64,000 nt of DNA from Paragordius varius (taxonomy: Eukaryota > Animalia > Nematomorpha). The stretch lies in contig OZ176054.1 in assembly GCA_964247055.1 (NCBI GenBank), positions 2,108,001 to 2,172,000 of the forward strand, read 5' to 3'. Position 1 is the first letter of the stretch. Every line of letters begins with the position of its first letter. The position numbers were made by a program, and so were the translations under genes. The notes below the pieces were generated by a model, which was given only the letters and a program-made list of their open reading frames with translations, was not told the DNA's origin and did not search any database. Below, one piece after another: positions 62,645 through 64,000 of the stretch.

Positions 62645-64000
62645 GTATATAATTTAGGGGTTTTTTTTCCTTTAACGAAATTAAAATTATTATTATATTG
62701 AGTTTTTTAATGAAATTATATTATTGTCTAAAAAATGTCGAGAGAGCTAAAAATATTAAAATTGAATTTTGTGTTGACGCGTCCATTTTATGCAAATCAC
62801 TTTAAAATGTGTTTTTTGTTTTCAACTATATCGTTTTTTATTATGGGTAAACAAGTAAAAATATCAAAGTTATATGTTTGAAAAATTTTGATAAGAAAAC
62901 GCTTATCTAACACTTTATTACCTATTTTGATTTGTATGGCATGAAGAATACTTTTTAAGGCAAAAAATCTCGAAATCTAAAATACGTAATAAATCTAATT
63001 AATGGAATAATAAGATTAGCTTTTACTTTTTATATAATTGTATATTCTAAAATTTCAAGTGCTCAAATCCACCTAAAGGACTAATTTCAAAATAATAATT
63101 TTTAAAAATTTCATTAATTTTATTAAAATACATTTTTATTTGTCAGGTTTTAGCCATTTATTGTGCAACTTATGTTTGATGACATGTTATATTTCGGTAA
63201 TTTTAAATTGTTAATCTTTTTTTAAAAATGCCTCTTTGAAATTTGGTTCACTATCATAAATATTTTTTAGGATATTGTGTGCGATACACCTGATTAAAAC
63301 ATATAAGATTATTTTTTGAAATTTCGGTAGATTTGCTTTCTGCTGCCAAGTAGTGTTTTATGAATTCCATTTTTGAAAATTGTAAAAATACAGTCAATTA
63401 AATATGTAACTAATTAAAATGAAAAATTTTATACATGGCACCAGATATGTGCGCATTAAATCCTCTTTTAGTATTTAAAATACCGAAATTTCCAATGTAT
63501 GTCTCTCGTTAATTGTATTAAGTATATATTACCTCAAATGTTAAAACACTTTTTTACAAAAAATGTTTATATGTGGCTACTCATTTGACATTGTCATAAA
63601 CGAGTATTTTTTTGGAAAAAAAAGCAATTATTCTTGAGTTCAATTAGTTTTAATTAAATTTTTAATTTTGATTTTTTGATATTTAAATCAAATAATTACA
63701 TATTCAAAAGGATACAATGAAATGAAAAATTAAAATTTTAATAATAATGACCTCTGAAGAAATTACCCACATTCTATATAGACAATGATATACTTTATTT
63801 TTTATTTTGTTTAAAAAGCACTAATTCACATTTTCTTTCAAACATGCAACTAATCAAATTTTCTAATTTAAAATAGCTGACGGGCTATAAATACATGTAT
63901 TGATTTTATAGCCCAAAAAGTCCATACAAGCTACATATTTAGCTCGCTTACTTAATATATATACAGTAAAAATTAAAATAATACACGGACAAAATGTAAA

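Noticed and set aside
63140-63200. Candidate third exon of the GPCR
   Set aside because: The available acceptors give a stop or no TM5-like sequence in the required phase. The remaining exons probably lie beyond the window.

Overview
Very AT-rich (roughly three-quarters A+T by eye) invertebrate animal genomic DNA. The taxon cannot be fixed from sequence alone. All gene models were built by hand from GT-AG sites, reading-frame phase and remembered protein-family motifs; no alignments or database searches were run. Contents, left to right: (1) a small histone locus, H2B(-) H4(+) H2A(+), each gene with a 3' stem-loop, and no H3 or H1 in the window; (2) a full-length 3.9-kb hAT (Buster/SPIN-type) transposon with intact TIRs and 8-bp TSD but a broken transposase; (3) complexin (+, 4 coding exons, CAAX tail); (4) a ~1227-aa three-PDZ NHERF/EBP50-like scaffold (-); (5) Exo70/EXOC7 (+, 22 exons, ~973 aa); (6) intronless N6AMT1/HEMK2 (-); (7) medium-chain acyl-CoA dehydrogenase ACADM (+, 10 exons); (8) the first two exons of a tachykinin-receptor-like GPCR (+). 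Introns and spacers carry several MITE/foldback families and (TA)n tracts. The most striking observations are: ultra-short 23-29 nt GT-AG introns at the 5' ends of Exo70 and ACADM, coexisting with multi-kb introns; histone 3' ends with stem-loop + ACCTA + AATAAA but no purine-rich U7-binding element; a set of non-autonomous elements sharing TATA|CCATTT ends and 21-bp-periodic subterminal repeats, including a ~1.1-kb palindrome with a related element at its apex; and an unusual NHERF architecture whose PDZ2 carries a ~70-aa loop insertion.
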